Below, one piece after another: positions 33,001-43,442 of a stretch of DNA of 64,000 nucleotides (positions are counted from its first letter, which is position 1; each line of letters begins with the position of its first letter). A program made the translations under genes and the position numbers. Below the pieces are notes generated by a model. It ran no database searches. It saw only the letters and a list, made by a program, of their open reading frames with translations, and had not been told where the DNA came from. This DNA comes from an uncultured cyanobacterium (lineage in GTDB: Bacteria > Cyanobacteriota > Cyanobacteriia > Cyanobacteriales > CAWCAG01): contig CAWDOD010000004.1 in NCBI GenBank assembly GCA_963803805.1, forward strand, positions 1 through 64,000. The letters run 5' to 3'.

Positions 33001-36000
33001 AACTCAATGACAAACGAGGGAACGCCAAAACCTTTAATATTTTGTATGGTCATATCATGCACTGGAAAGAACACCCAAAAGCTCTACTTCCTATGTTGCT
33101 CAAAGGGTATCAGGATGGTATTGAGACAGGAGATGTTGAACACGCTGCTTATACAGCATTTCACTATGGCGAATTTGGCTATTGCTTAGGGCAGGAACTT
33201 ACAGAACTCGAACAAATCTTAGCAACGTACAGCCACGCCATTCACCAAATTCATCAAGAAAATCAATTTTATTGGTTAGCAACATTTTGGCAAGCGGTCT
33301 TAAATTTACTAGAAGCACCAGAAGATCCAACGAAGCTTATAGGTAAGGCTTATGACGAACAGGTCGATGTGCCACGTGCTTTGCAAACTAGTCATCACAC
33401 TGAATTATTTTTGTTCTATATCAACAAAAGTATCCTGACCTATCTGTTTGGAGTTAATCATCAAGCCAAAGAAAATATTGAGCTAGCTGCCAACTATTTG
33501 GATAGCGTCATGGCCACTTTTGTAGTCGCTCTCTTTTATTTCTATGATTCGCTGATTCATTTACGAAGATGGAATCAGTATTCTATGAAAGAACAAGGGA
33601 TTTGGCGAGTAAAGATTGAGGCAAACCAGGAAAAGATGCGTCTTTGGGCAAACCACGCCCCCATGAATCATCAACACAAGTTCCATTTGGTAGAGGCTGA
33701 GAAAGCAAGGGTGTTAGGGCAAATATTAGAGGCGGAAGAGTTTTATGAAAAAGCGATCGCAGGTGCTAGAGAAAACAGTTACCTTCAAGAAGAAGCATTG
33801 GCTTATGAATTAGCCGCCAAGTTTTATCTAGAGCGTGGCAGGGAAAGAATTGCTCAAACCTATATGAAAGAGGCACACTATGCCTACACACGTTGGGGAG
33901 CAAAGGCAAAAGTCAAGGACTTAGAAGCCAAGTATCCCCAGCTACTACCTAAATCCTCATCTACTAAGAGTATTACTTCCACCTACACAACTATCAACTC
34001 CACAAGTGATAGTTACTCCGGTGAAGCCTTGGATTTAGCCAGCTTGATGAAAGCATCCCAAGCCATTGGTCGTGAAATCGTCCTGGATAAATTACTTGCC
34101 AATCTGATGAAAATCATGATTGAGAATGCCGGAGCGCAAAAAGGATTCTTGTTACTACAGTCTCAGTTCAATTCAGAGAAGGGAACGGGACAATGGCGAA
34201 TTGAAGCATCTGGTGAGGCGGATAACGATGTCGTTTCTGTTTTGGAGTCCGTTTCTGTTGAGCAATATCTACCCATATCCCTCATCAATTATGTCGCCCA
34301 TGCTCAAGATACGGTGGTTTTAAGTAATGCCACAAACCAGGGTCACTTTACCCACGACCCCTACATCAAACAGCATCAGAGCAAATCAATTCTCTGTACT
34401 CCCTTCCTCAACCAAGGTCAACTCATCGGTATTGTTTATCTAGAGAATAACCTGACTACTGATGCTTTTACTCCTGATAGGACACAAATTTTGCAACTCT
34501 TATCAGGACAAGCAGCTATTGCCATTACCAATGCCAAACTCTACGCCGAAGTAAAAGAAAGGGAAGGAAGACTGATTCAATACTTAGAAGCGATGCCAAT
34601 GGGTATATCTGTCCACTCCCCCACAGGAGAACTCCACTATATCAACCAGATGGCACAACAATTACTGGGCATCAACATAGCTCCAAAAGCCAAAACCAAG
34701 GAAATGGCTCAAGCTTATCAAGTTTATCGTGCCGGAAGCCAACAGTTGTACCCCACTGATCAAATGCCCATAGTGCGTTCCCTGGCGGGTGAAACTGCCA
34801 AAGCTGACGATTTAGAACTTCACTTACCCAATAAAATCCTCCCCTTAGAAGTTTCCACAACACCGATTTTCGATGAACAAGGCAAGATTGCCTTTGCTAT
34901 TGCAGCTTTTCAAGATATTACCAAACGTAAAAAATCTGAACAGTTACTGAGTTCGAGTGAACGCAAACTTCGAGCTATTTTTAACGGAACATTTCAGTTT
35001 ACTGGAATGCTAAACAGGGAGGGCATTCTTTTAGAAGCCAACCAAACTGCTCTGGATTTTGGGGGATTGCAACCTGCGGATGTAGTGGGAAAGCCCTTTT
35101 GGGACTGCCATTGGTGGGGAACTTCTCCAGAGATACAAATCCAACTCCAAGAAGCCATTGCTCAAGCTATTTCTGGTCAATTTATCCGCTATGAGGTAGA
35201 GGTGTTAGGTGCAGGAGATCGTATTGCTACCATTGACTTTTCCATTAAACCGATTTGGGACGAAAGCAAAACCGTTGAATATCTAATTGTAGAGGGACGC
35301 GATATTAGCGATCGCAAACAAGCAGAAAAGTTAATCGCTGAATATAATCGCACCTTAGAAACTCAAGTCACTGAACGTACCCAAGAACTCTCACAAGCAC
35401 TCGAAGAACTCAAAGCCACTCAAAACGAACTGATACAATCAGAAAAGATGGCGGCTTTGGGACAACTCATTGCTGGAGTTGCCCACGAAGTTAATACACC
35501 CCTGGGAGCCATTCGTTCTTCTGCGGGAAATATTGCCAATTTCTTAGACCAAACCCTAGAAGAATTACCCCGATTACTTCAATCCCTATCCTCAGAAGAC
35601 TCTGCAACTTTTTTAGACCTACTACAACGCTCACTGCAACAACAAGCAGCTTTTTCTACTAGAGAAGAGCGCAAGTTGAGAAGAGCCTTAAGACGAAAAC
35701 TAGAAAACTGGGAAATTGATAATGCTTCTCTCATTGCTGACAGGTTGGTGATTATGGGAATTACAGACGAAATTGAGGAGTTTTTGCCTCTGTTAACCAG
35801 ACCCGACAGTCTTCCCATTATAGACATTGCCCATAAACTTTCTGAATTAAAAAGAGGCACGACTATTATTAATACCTCCACAGACAGAGCCTCGAAAGTG
35901 GTGTTTGCCTTGAAATCCTACGCCCGTTATGATCAGTCTGACCAAAAGACCATCGCCAAACTAACAGAGGGGATAGAAACGGTCTTAACCCTCTATCAAA

Positions 36001-36404
36001 ATCAACTCAAACAGGGGGTTGAGGTAATTAGGAACTATGGGGAAATTCCACCGATACTCTGTTATCCAGATGAACTAAATCAGGTGTGGACAAACCTGGT
36101 TCATAATGCCTTACAAGGGATGGATAACCGGGGGACTTTAACTATTGATATAGCTCGAGTTGACCAGGAAGCAAAGATTAGCATTACCGATAGTGGTTGT
36201 GGGATACCAGAGGAAATTCAAGGGAAAATATTTGAGCCATTTTTTACTACTAAGCCTGTGGGAGAAGGTAGTGGTTTGGGGCTGAATATTGTCAAGAAAA
36301 TAATTGATAAACATTCCGGTAATATCACTGTAGAAAGTCAACCAGGTCGTACAACATTTGATGTTTTTATCCCAATTGAACCTGATGGGGAACTGGAGAG
36401 ATAA
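30042..36404 (+). CDS. Multidomain Ser/Thr kinase - AAA ATPase - GAF - PAS/PAS - histidine kinase (HstK-like)
   Basis: HKDINPAN, IIDFG, YISPEQTGR; GYSGIGKS; FLDDLQW; GAF YLEN; AHEVNTP, NLVHNA, GSGLGL; 2120 aa. Confidence 0.93.
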   Translation: MKSNTRPSLEIPSYEILEQVYESANSLVYRGIRKSDNQTVILKVLKEDYPTPSELTRYKQEYQITRNLNIEGVVKAYGLEPLQRTLVIILEDFGASSLEQLIKDSRWAEIAANLREFLKIAIATAEILGEIHSSNVIHKDINPANIVLNPETGQLKIIDFGISTQLTSENPTLKNPQVLEGTLAYISPEQTGRMNRALDYRTDFYSLGVTFYKLLTGKLPFETIDPLELVHCHIAKIPPLVEMGRWGDGEMGGKEIPQVIADIVMKLMAKTAEERYQSAWGIKADLEECFKQLEEKGTIEEFPLGTQDISDKFQIPQKLYGREKEVATLLAAFETVASPHLPTSSELMLVAGYSGIGKSALVAEIHKPITKKRGYFISGKFDQFQRSIPYSAIVSAFKGLIGQLLTESEMQLSQWREKLLTAVGSSGQVIIDIIPEVELIIGKQPPVPELGPTESQNRFNLVFQNFIRAFCTKEHPLAIFLDDLQWADSATLKLIELMMTDDETQYLFLIGAYRDNEVSPTHPLMMTLEGLQKQEITLAPLEVEHISQLVADTLHSNPKEVKPLAELVKQKTGGNPFFANQFLKTLHAENLITFSLKHHCWQWNIEQIEAQNITDNIVELMVGNLKKLPDFTQEILQLAACIGADFDLNTLSIICEKPETVIFPDLLKAIKSGLILPVSELNPELLIQKFKFLHDRVQQAAYALIDQVQKQEFHLQIGRLLLQNTAPEVLSENIFEIVNHLNLGVDLVTSLQEQEEIAKLNLKAGKKAKAATAYRAATDYLKGGLQLLSTDSWQSQYDLTLSLYSEAVEASYLNGNFNEMEQLAIPVENNAKTVLDKVKVYDSKIQAAVSQGNLKEAIEIGLQVLEQLGISFPENPSQLDIQRGLEETASLYAERNISELIHLPAMTDPQVQASLCILSSIAAATYMTNPNLLAIVLCIMAKLSMQYGHAVWSSFSYAAYGALLVGICHEIETAYQFGQLSLSLTHKLNDKRGNAKTFNILYGHIMHWKEHPKALLPMLLKGYQDGIETGDVEHAAYTAFHYGEFGYCLGQELTELEQILATYSHAIHQIHQENQFYWLATFWQAVLNLLEAPEDPTKLIGKAYDEQVDVPRALQTSHHTELFLFYINKSILTYLFGVNHQAKENIELAANYLDSVMATFVVALFYFYDSLIHLRRWNQYSMKEQGIWRVKIEANQEKMRLWANHAPMNHQHKFHLVEAEKARVLGQILEAEEFYEKAIAGARENSYLQEEALAYELAAKFYLERGRERIAQTYMKEAHYAYTRWGAKAKVKDLEAKYPQLLPKSSSTKSITSTYTTINSTSDSYSGEALDLASLMKASQAIGREIVLDKLLANLMKIMIENAGAQKGFLLLQSQFNSEKGTGQWRIEASGEADNDVVSVLESVSVEQYLPISLINYVAHAQDTVVLSNATNQGHFTHDPYIKQHQSKSILCTPFLNQGQLIGIVYLENNLTTDAFTPDRTQILQLLSGQAAIAITNAKLYAEVKEREGRLIQYLEAMPMGISVHSPTGELHYINQMAQQLLGINIAPKAKTKEMAQAYQVYRAGSQQLYPTDQMPIVRSLAGETAKADDLELHLPNKILPLEVSTTPIFDEQGKIAFAIAAFQDITKRKKSEQLLSSSERKLRAIFNGTFQFTGMLNREGILLEANQTALDFGGLQPADVVGKPFWDCHWWGTSPEIQIQLQEAIAQAISGQFIRYEVEVLGAGDRIATIDFSIKPIWDESKTVEYLIVEGRDISDRKQAEKLIAEYNRTLETQVTERTQELSQALEELKATQNELIQSEKMAALGQLIAGVAHEVNTPLGAIRSSAGNIANFLDQTLEELPRLLQSLSSEDSATFLDLLQRSLQQQAAFSTREERKLRRALRRKLENWEIDNASLIADRLVIMGITDEIEEFLPLLTRPDSLPIIDIAHKLSELKRGTTIINTSTDRASKVVFALKSYARYDQSDQKTIAKLTEGIETVLTLYQNQLKQGVEVIRNYGEIPPILCYPDELNQVWTNLVHNALQGMDNRGTLTIDIARVDQEAKISITDSGCGIPEEIQGKIFEPFFTTKPVGEGSGLGLNIVKKIIDKHSGNITVESQPGRTTFDVFIPIEPDGELER
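30764..30795 (+). repeat. (GGAGATGG)x4 tandem octamer inside the kinase ORF
   Basis: Read directly; encodes EMGRWGDGEMG. Confidence 0.92.
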
Positions 36405-36516
36405 TACGGCTCTACCGAACTTACAATGAACCTATCCCACTCAGATAGTCGTCCCTGAAAAACCGCCCTTAATTTCAAGTGTCGCTTTAGAAACGAGTTG
36501 ACTAACTTACGTATGA

Positions 36517-37776
36517 TTAGCAACTAACAGGAATTTCAATAATAAACTCAGCACCTTCTCCTACAGAAGAAATACAGTCGAGCTTTCCTTGGTGTTTATC
36601 GACTATAATCTGACGAGAAATAGATAACCCTAAACCTGTACCTAAACCTACTTTTTTGGTCGTAAAAAGATGATTAAAAGCCTGTTCCTGCACTTCAGAA
36701 GACATTCCTAAACCATTATCTTTAATAGTAATTAAAATACTTTTTCTATCTTCTTTAAATTGAGTACTAATAATAATTTTATGGGGACAATCTTTCATTT
36801 CCAAATAAGAACGTCCTAAACTAGCTTCGTTAATAGAATCAATAGCATTGGCAAGCAAATTCATAAACACTTGATTCAATTGCCCAGGAAAACATTCTAC
36901 TTGAGGTAAAGAAGCATATTTTTTAATTACTTCAATTTCTGGGCGTTGAGTATCAGCTTTGAGGCGATGCCTAAGAATAATTAGGGTACTGTCAATGCCG
37001 TCGTGAATATTACAACTTACTGGTTGATCAGTATCGGCGCGAGAGAAAATTCTTAGGGACTTGCTTAAATTAACAATTCTCTCTGTCCCGAACTTCATAG
37101 AAGTTACTACTTTAGGAAAATCTTCGATCAGAAAATCCAGATCAATTTCTTCGGCGTGTTCTTTAATTTCTGGTAATAAATAGTCTGAATTTTTTTGATA
37201 GAGTTGCAAATGATTAATTAAGTCTTCACTATACTCTTGCGACTGGCTAAGATTACCATTAATAAAGCCGATGGGATTGTTAATTTCATGGGCAATACTA
37301 GCAACCAATTGACCAAGGGCAGACATTTTTTCACTTTGGACAAGTTGAATCTGAGCTTGCTGTAGGTGATCGCGGTTATTTCTTAAGTCCTGAACACATT
37401 TAAGAGTACGATTGGTTGTTGTGAGCAGATCGTCAAAATCAATGGGCTTAATTAAGAAATCGAAAGCCCCCAAGTTCATAGCAGTTCTAATATTCCTCAT
37501 ATCATCATAGGCAGACACCACCACCGCTTTAAGAGTTTCGTCTATTTCTGGAAGCAGCCCCAGCAGAGTCAGCCCATCCATCTCTGGCATATTAAGATCT
37601 GTCAACACCATATCCACTGCACAGTTTTTGTCATAGAGCTTTTCTAGAGCTTCCCTGCCGTTAGAAGCGAAGATTAGCTCAAATTCTTTAGCGCGGATAA
37701 ATTTTCGTAGTCGTTGCTTGATAAGACGCTCAAATTCTAACTCATCATCAACCACTAGGATTTTTGCTGGTGTCAT
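36517..37776 (-). CDS. Receiver + histidine kinase hybrid
   Basis: VVDDE, LTDLNMP, KP; AHEINNP, NLLANA, GTGLGL. Confidence 0.92.
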   Translation of the reverse strand: MTPAKILVVDDELEFERLIKQRLRKFIRAKEFELIFASNGREALEKLYDKNCAVDMVLTDLNMPEMDGLTLLGLLPEIDETLKAVVVSAYDDMRNIRTAMNLGAFDFLIKPIDFDDLLTTTNRTLKCVQDLRNNRDHLQQAQIQLVQSEKMSALGQLVASIAHEINNPIGFINGNLSQSQEYSEDLINHLQLYQKNSDYLLPEIKEHAEEIDLDFLIEDFPKVVTSMKFGTERIVNLSKSLRIFSRADTDQPVSCNIHDGIDSTLIILRHRLKADTQRPEIEVIKKYASLPQVECFPGQLNQVFMNLLANAIDSINEASLGRSYLEMKDCPHKIIISTQFKEDRKSILITIKDNGLGMSSEVQEQAFNHLFTTKKVGLGTGLGLSISRQIIVDKHQGKLDCISSVGEGAEFIIEIPVSC

Positions 37777-37791
37777 ATTCCTTTTGAAACA

Positions 37792-39531
37792 TTAAGTATT
37801 GACTTTTTTGATAAAATCTCCAACAGCTTGCCCCTCGATAGGGCGAGAAATTAAGTATCCCTGGGCGCAGTCACATCCTAGTGATTGAAGGGTTTCTAAC
37901 TGTTCTTGAGTTTCAATACCTTCGGCGATCGCATCTAGTCCCAGAGAGTGGGCTAAGGTGATAATGGTTTTGGCAATATCAATGTTTTTGCCTTTTCCCT
38001 GAATATCTTTGATGAAAGAACGGTCAATTTTGAGAGTATCAATAGGAAAAGCTTGGAGATATGCTAGGGAAGAATAGCCTGTACCAAAGTCATCAATGGA
38101 TAGTTTAATATCCCTTGTTTTGAGTTCCTTAAGCAACTCAATAGCTGCTGAGCCATTCTTCATCAAAATACTCTCGGTAATTTCTAGCTTTAAGTTTGAG
38201 CCAGTTAAACCTGACTCTTCTAAAGTTTCATCAATTGAGTTGAGCAAGTCTGAATTACTAATTTGAATTCCTGATAAGTTAACGCTGATATTTTCCGGGC
38301 AATCATCTAGGAATTGTTCTTGCCACTGCTTTAGTTGCTGGCAAGCTTTTAATAGAACCCACTTACCTAAAGGAACAATTAATCCTGTTTCTTCTGCTAA
38401 GGGAATAAACTCCATAGGGAGAATGATACCTTTCTGGGGGTGTTCCCACCTCACCAAAGCTTCTAAACTAACAATTCTGTTAGTTTGCAAAGACATAATG
38501 GGCTGATAGAGAACTTTTAGTTGCTGCTCATCTAAAGCTTCCTGTAAGTCCGCTTCTAACTTCAAACGCTTGGTAGCCCCAGTTTGCATACTAGGAAAAA
38601 AGATCTCTGTATTAGTTCCTTCTTGAACCTTGGCATGGTTCATCGCTGTATCCGCAGCCCGCAAAAAGTCTTCTGGATCTTCGTAATCAATGGTACTATC
38701 GACAATGCCAATGTAGGTAGAAGAAGAGACTAAAGAGCCGTTGAGTTGGAAAGGAATTTTAATTTCTTGGTGAATTTGTTCTGCTTTTTGCTTTGCCTCA
38801 TCTATATCCTTGATATCTTTGAGAATAATAGCGAATTCATTAGTACCTACACGGGCTACCGTATCCATAGGTTCAACACATTTTTCTAAGCGCTGGGCCA
38901 TTTCTACTAACAGACGATCACTTAATTCGTGGCCCAAGCCATATTTAACAATGGGATAGCTATCTAAGTAAACAAAGAGGATCGCAAAAACACTATTTTG
39001 TTGCTGTACCTGTTCAAGACACATAGCCGCAGCAATGCGATGGAGAATCAAACATCGGTTGGGCAGTTTCGTAAGCTGGTCATAAAAAGCCATCTCCTGG
39101 AGCTTACCTAAAGCTTCTTGGAGTTGATTCTGTTGCTTTCTTAGCTGCTTAACAAACTTTAAAGTTTTTTGGATTGTCACCTTCAAATCATCGAAATCAA
39201 TGGGCTTTACTAAAAAATCAAAAGCCCCTCGATTCATAGCTGTTCTAATATTACTCATATCACCATAGGCAGATACCACCACAGCTTTAAGAGTTTGGTC
39301 TATTTCTGGTAATAAACCAAGTAAAGTAAGACCGTCCATTTCTGGCATATTAATGTCAGTAAGAACCATCTCTATAGCTTGTTCGCTTTGTAATTTCTCC
39401 AATGCTTCTTTGCCATTGTGGGCAAATAGTAACTCAAATTCCTTGGCACGAATATGTTTTTTTAAGCGTTGTTTGATGAGACGTTCTAGCTCTAATTCAT
39501 CATCAACTATTAAGATTTTTGTTTTTGTCAT
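37792..39531 (-). CDS. Receiver + degenerate GGDEF + EAL protein (probable c-di-GMP phosphodiesterase)
   Basis: Receiver domain; GTNEF in place of GGDEF; EALVRW and DDFGTGYSS intact. Confidence 0.9.
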   Translation of the reverse strand: MTKTKILIVDDELELERLIKQRLKKHIRAKEFELLFAHNGKEALEKLQSEQAIEMVLTDINMPEMDGLTLLGLLPEIDQTLKAVVVSAYGDMSNIRTAMNRGAFDFLVKPIDFDDLKVTIQKTLKFVKQLRKQQNQLQEALGKLQEMAFYDQLTKLPNRCLILHRIAAAMCLEQVQQQNSVFAILFVYLDSYPIVKYGLGHELSDRLLVEMAQRLEKCVEPMDTVARVGTNEFAIILKDIKDIDEAKQKAEQIHQEIKIPFQLNGSLVSSSTYIGIVDSTIDYEDPEDFLRAADTAMNHAKVQEGTNTEIFFPSMQTGATKRLKLEADLQEALDEQQLKVLYQPIMSLQTNRIVSLEALVRWEHPQKGIILPMEFIPLAEETGLIVPLGKWVLLKACQQLKQWQEQFLDDCPENISVNLSGIQISNSDLLNSIDETLEESGLTGSNLKLEITESILMKNGSAAIELLKELKTRDIKLSIDDFGTGYSSLAYLQAFPIDTLKIDRSFIKDIQGKGKNIDIAKTIITLAHSLGLDAIAEGIETQEQLETLQSLGCDCAQGYLISRPIEGQAVGDFIKKVNT

Positions 39532-40153
39532 GTCAATTCTGGGGTCGGATGTTTAATTTAATCTGGTAAAGCACCTAAATGTATTATTCCCACCTTTTTT
39601 GTACTAGCCAAATAAAATCTGCTATTTCTTCTTAAGAGCAATTTCTTCTAGTTGTTACTTGTTTTTTAGCCCTAGAAAGTTTCCAGCTAAAATTAGACTA
39701 ATTGACAAAAGGCCTTGTCCCACTTGAAGGTTACACCTTGGTAGCTAATACTTTTGAAGAGACAGTTAAAAGGCGGTTTTGGACTCAGTTAAGGTCAATT
39801 GGCATCTTAAGTTTGGGAGGTGGCAATTAAGGGCTTTTGAGGTTTAAAGATCATTTTGCATTATCCTCCTTAGACAAGCAAATAAGCATTTGGGCTTTAA
39901 AAATAACAGTTAGATTGACAGTACCGTAGAGGTTTTAAAGGTTGTAGTTAAAGTCATTGAATTGGGCAAATTCAAGTTTGAAATGTACTTAAAGATAGAT
40001 GCTAGCTTATTAAGTTGTGATAGATGAACAGTTTGACTCAATTTATGCCAAACAACAATATAGCTTAGGAATATTACCTTCATCCAGGACTGCCGTCACA
40101 AGCAGACTGTGATGTGAAGAACTTGATTTAATAAAAGCTTTGCTATTAGGTGA

Positions 40154-41464
40154 TTAGACAGCTTTTTGGGGTAAAGTAATAATAAATGTTGTGTGTTCTC
40201 CTAATTGGGTTTCTACTTTAAGAGTTCCCCGATGCTGCTTAACAATAATATCGTGGGTCATAGATAGCCCTAAACCTGTTCCCTCACCAGTCTGCTTAGT
40301 TGTAAAGAAAGGATTAAAAATTTTCTCTTGAAGTTCTGGTTCAATGCCTATACCATTGTCGAAGATACGAATTTCGATAGTCTCACCAAGATTTTTAGTT
40401 GTAATACTAAGTTTAGGTTCAAAAACCTCTTGATTAGCTTCTTGCAAATATTTTCGTTGTTTTGCTTCCACAGCATAAAAAGCATTATCGAGTAAATTGA
40501 TTAAAGCACGACTTAGATCAGAAGGAACTAATTCAAGTTTATTTATGTCTTGGTCATATTCAGTTTCTATAGCGACTTGAGAAGAATTTTTTTGGGCAAT
40601 TTTACTATGACAAGCCCATTCAACTGTTTCAGCTAAGAAGGTATTAAATACAATTAATTGACGCTGCCCTCTTTCACTACGGGAGTGTTGCATCATGTTA
40701 TCAATAATACTTTCTGCTCTTTGGCCATGCTTATGGATAGCTCTCGCATTTTCTTTAACATCAACTAAAACTTCTTCAATATATTTAAAGTCTTCTGAAT
40801 TAATATTTGCTGCCTGTTTACTTAGTTCTTCAATAATTTCATCTGTGAGTTCTACTGAGCCTTCAGCATAGTTATTAATAATATTCAAGGGATTGCGTAT
40901 TTCATGGGCAATCCCTGCGGTTAGCGCACCGAGAGAAGCAAGTTTTTCTTGAATAATAATCTGTTGTTGAGCTGCTTTGAGTTGCTCTAAAGTTGCTTGT
41001 AAGCTAGTTTCTGCGGCCTTTCTTTGCTCTACTTCTTCTTGCAGTAGCTTATTTTGGGTTTCCAGCATTTTGGTTAAGGTTTGCAAACGCAGATGTACCT
41101 TAATGCGGGCTAATACCTCTTCTGACTGGATTGGTTTAGTAACATAATCTACAGCTCCTAAAGATAAACCTTTAACTTTATTCACTGTCTCATTAAGGGC
41201 AGTCATGAAAATTACGGGAATCTCTTCAGTGGCAGGGTTGGCTTTGAGCCGCCGACAGGTTTCAAATCCATCAATTCCCGGCATCATGACATCTAACAAA
41301 ACTAAGTCTGGTGGTCTATATTCAACTTGCTCAATAGCACTTTCGCCATCAGTAGCAACAGCAACTTTAAAGCCAGCATTCATTAAGGTTGCAGATAATA
41401 CCTCTAAGTTAGTGGGGATATCATCGACAATAAGTATTAGTTGAAAGTCTTTATTTGCGGACAT
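40154..41464 (-). CDS. Receiver + histidine kinase hybrid
   Basis: IVDD, LLDVMMP, KP; AHEIRNP, NLLDNA, GTGLGL. Confidence 0.92.
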   Translation of the reverse strand: MSANKDFQLILIVDDIPTNLEVLSATLMNAGFKVAVATDGESAIEQVEYRPPDLVLLDVMMPGIDGFETCRRLKANPATEEIPVIFMTALNETVNKVKGLSLGAVDYVTKPIQSEEVLARIKVHLRLQTLTKMLETQNKLLQEEVEQRKAAETSLQATLEQLKAAQQQIIIQEKLASLGALTAGIAHEIRNPLNIINNYAEGSVELTDEIIEELSKQAANINSEDFKYIEEVLVDVKENARAIHKHGQRAESIIDNMMQHSRSERGQRQLIVFNTFLAETVEWACHSKIAQKNSSQVAIETEYDQDINKLELVPSDLSRALINLLDNAFYAVEAKQRKYLQEANQEVFEPKLSITTKNLGETIEIRIFDNGIGIEPELQEKIFNPFFTTKQTGEGTGLGLSMTHDIIVKQHRGTLKVETQLGEHTTFIITLPQKAV

Positions 41465-41491
41465 TGATTTTTAAATAATTTACTTTATCTC

Positions 41492-41528
41492 AGTCAATGG
41501 TGACAAAATTTTTTTGTCACCATTGACT
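41492..41528. repeat. Perfect 17-bp inverted repeat with 3-nt spacer
   Basis: AGTCAATGGTGACAAAA-ttt-TTTTGTCACCATTGACT. Confidence 0.9.
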
Positions 41529-42044
41529 CTTTAACATCTTTCCCAACTACATAGCGAGAATTTTTTGTTCTTGAATTCGCAAAAACGGGGCAGACAAAAT
41601 TTGGCAAGAGTTTTACTGCTCAATTTTCAACAGATATACTCGAAATCCCGGATTAAATTAAGAATTCATCTGTTAAGTCATTTTTTTACCGTTAGAGAAC
41701 AGGTAATCTGGCAGAAACAGTTTATCCCTCGGCGCAATCCCTGATAAACAAAGTATTTTCTTGAAGAGAAAAGTAAAGAAATAAACAAGGTGGCTAGTCT
41801 TTTCAGTATAAATTGCCAAAAATATACACAAATCAAACGTTAGATAGACGCGATCACAAACCTGGATGTTTCATAATTAATCATGCGAGCAAAAAAAATT
41901 AACTCTTAATATTTAGAGTGTTATGTTTTTGTTCTTCTAGTTCCTCTTGTTCTCAATTCAAGTGAGCCTAGTTGTAACAATCCTAACTCATCAGGGTTAA
42001 TACTCCCAGTCATCAGGTAACGTAGCTCCCAACCATCAGGTCAC

Positions 42045-42089
42045 AATAATCCCGTCAGCCTAATATTAGGCTAGGCGGGGTTGTTTTTT
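42045..42089 (+). terminator. Probable intrinsic terminator on the + strand
   Basis: AATAATCCCGTCAGCCTAA / TTAGGCTAGGCGGGGTTGTT stem, with G-U pairs that work only on the + strand, ending in a T-tract. Confidence 0.6.
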
Positions 42090-42236
42090 GGGGGGGCAGA
42101 GTTTATTCAAAATTCAAAATTCAGATTTGAAACATAAGTTAAGTGATCGCACAAAATTATTTGTATATTAGCTGTTCCCTAATCCCTGACCCCTGACTTA
42201 ACAAAACGTTAAATTAATTTTGCCCACGTACTTACC

Positions 42237-43358
42237 TTATCCTTTCCCCTTTTTATCAAGCCCTACAGCATCCGCAATTGAGTTTAATTGATGTTCTTCT
42301 AGTTTTTGCAATAATCCTTTTAATACTCTTTTAACCATACCAGGACCTTCATAAACCCAGCCTGTATAAACTTGGACTAAACTTGCCCCAGCAGTTATTT
42401 TTTCCCAGGCATCTTCAGCATTAAAAATGCCTCCGACACCAATAATAGTTAGTTGCCCTTGGGTTTGTTGAGAAATAAAACGAATCACTTCGGTAGCACG
42501 ATCGCCTACTGGTTTACCACTAATGCCCCCAGATTCTTCAGTTACTTTTTTGTAAGTAGCAGGGATGGTTTTAGTTTTCAGATTATCTCGACGAATAGTA
42601 GTATTGGTGGCGATGATGCCTGCTAATTGGTAGCTTTGGGCTAGACTAATGACATCGGCGATCGCTTCTTGGCTTAAATCGGGAGCAATTTTAACTAAAA
42701 TTGGTTTGCGATTCTGATTTTCTTGTTGCAGGGCATCAATAATTAAACTCAGTTGTTTGGCATCTTGGAGAGAACGTAAACCAGGAGTATTGGGAGAACT
42801 GACATTAACTACAAAATAGCTTCCCCAGTCTTGTAAGCGTTGGAAACTACCTAAATAATCTGCTGCGGCTTCTTCTAAGGGAGTTACTTTTGATTTACCT
42901 AAATTAATACCCCAAGGTACTCCAACATAATCTTTACGTCTTGCTAAACTTTCTTTTAAAGCCGAACTACCTTGGTTGTTAAAACCCATACGATTCAAAG
43001 CTGCTTCATCTTCTGGTAGGCGAAACAGACGAGGGAGAGGGTTTCCTGGTTGAGGATAGTAAGTTACTGTACCGAGTTCAGCGAAACCAAAACCCATACT
43101 GCCCCATACTCCTGCGGCTACTCCATCTTTATCAAATCCCGCCGCTAAACCAAGGGGATTAGGAAATTTGATGCCCCATAAGTTTTGTTCTAATTTAGTA
43201 TCTTGAAAACTGAAGGAACGTTCTAATTGGGATAGTGAGAAGGGGGCTTGAAATTCCAACCAATTTAATAGTTTAAGACTACGGTTATGTAAAATTTCTG
43301 GGTCGGTTTTTAAGCCAGAAAACAGTAATGGACGAAGAGTATTTTTGTAGATGTTCAC
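42237..43358 (-). CDS. pyrD: Quinone-dependent dihydroorotate dehydrogenase
   Basis: [36 protein letters not shown]. Confidence 0.96.
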   Translation of the reverse strand: MNIYKNTLRPLLFSGLKTDPEILHNRSLKLLNWLEFQAPFSLSQLERSFSFQDTKLEQNLWGIKFPNPLGLAAGFDKDGVAAGVWGSMGFGFAELGTVTYYPQPGNPLPRLFRLPEDEAALNRMGFNNQGSSALKESLARRKDYVGVPWGINLGKSKVTPLEEAAADYLGSFQRLQDWGSYFVVNVSSPNTPGLRSLQDAKQLSLIIDALQQENQNRKPILVKIAPDLSQEAIADVISLAQSYQLAGIIATNTTIRRDNLKTKTIPATYKKVTEESGGISGKPVGDRATEVIRFISQQTQGQLTIIGVGGIFNAEDAWEKITAGASLVQVYTGWVYEGPGMVKRVLKGLLQKLEEHQLNSIADAVGLDKKGKG

Positions 43359-43442
43359 AATAATTGATTAAGGTACATTTAAAGGAATACCAATCGCCTT
43401 CCTCTTCTTCAGCTTCCTCAAAGAGAGTTTAGTATCAAATAA

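Noticed and set aside
39532-40153. c-di-GMP riboswitch or missing stand-alone receiver gene upstream of the EAL gene
   Set aside because: I could not see a riboswitch consensus or a credible ORF.
41985-42045. Mini CRISPR array
   Set aside because: The period is only 22-23 nt with a 7-13 nt core, and there are no cas genes in the window.
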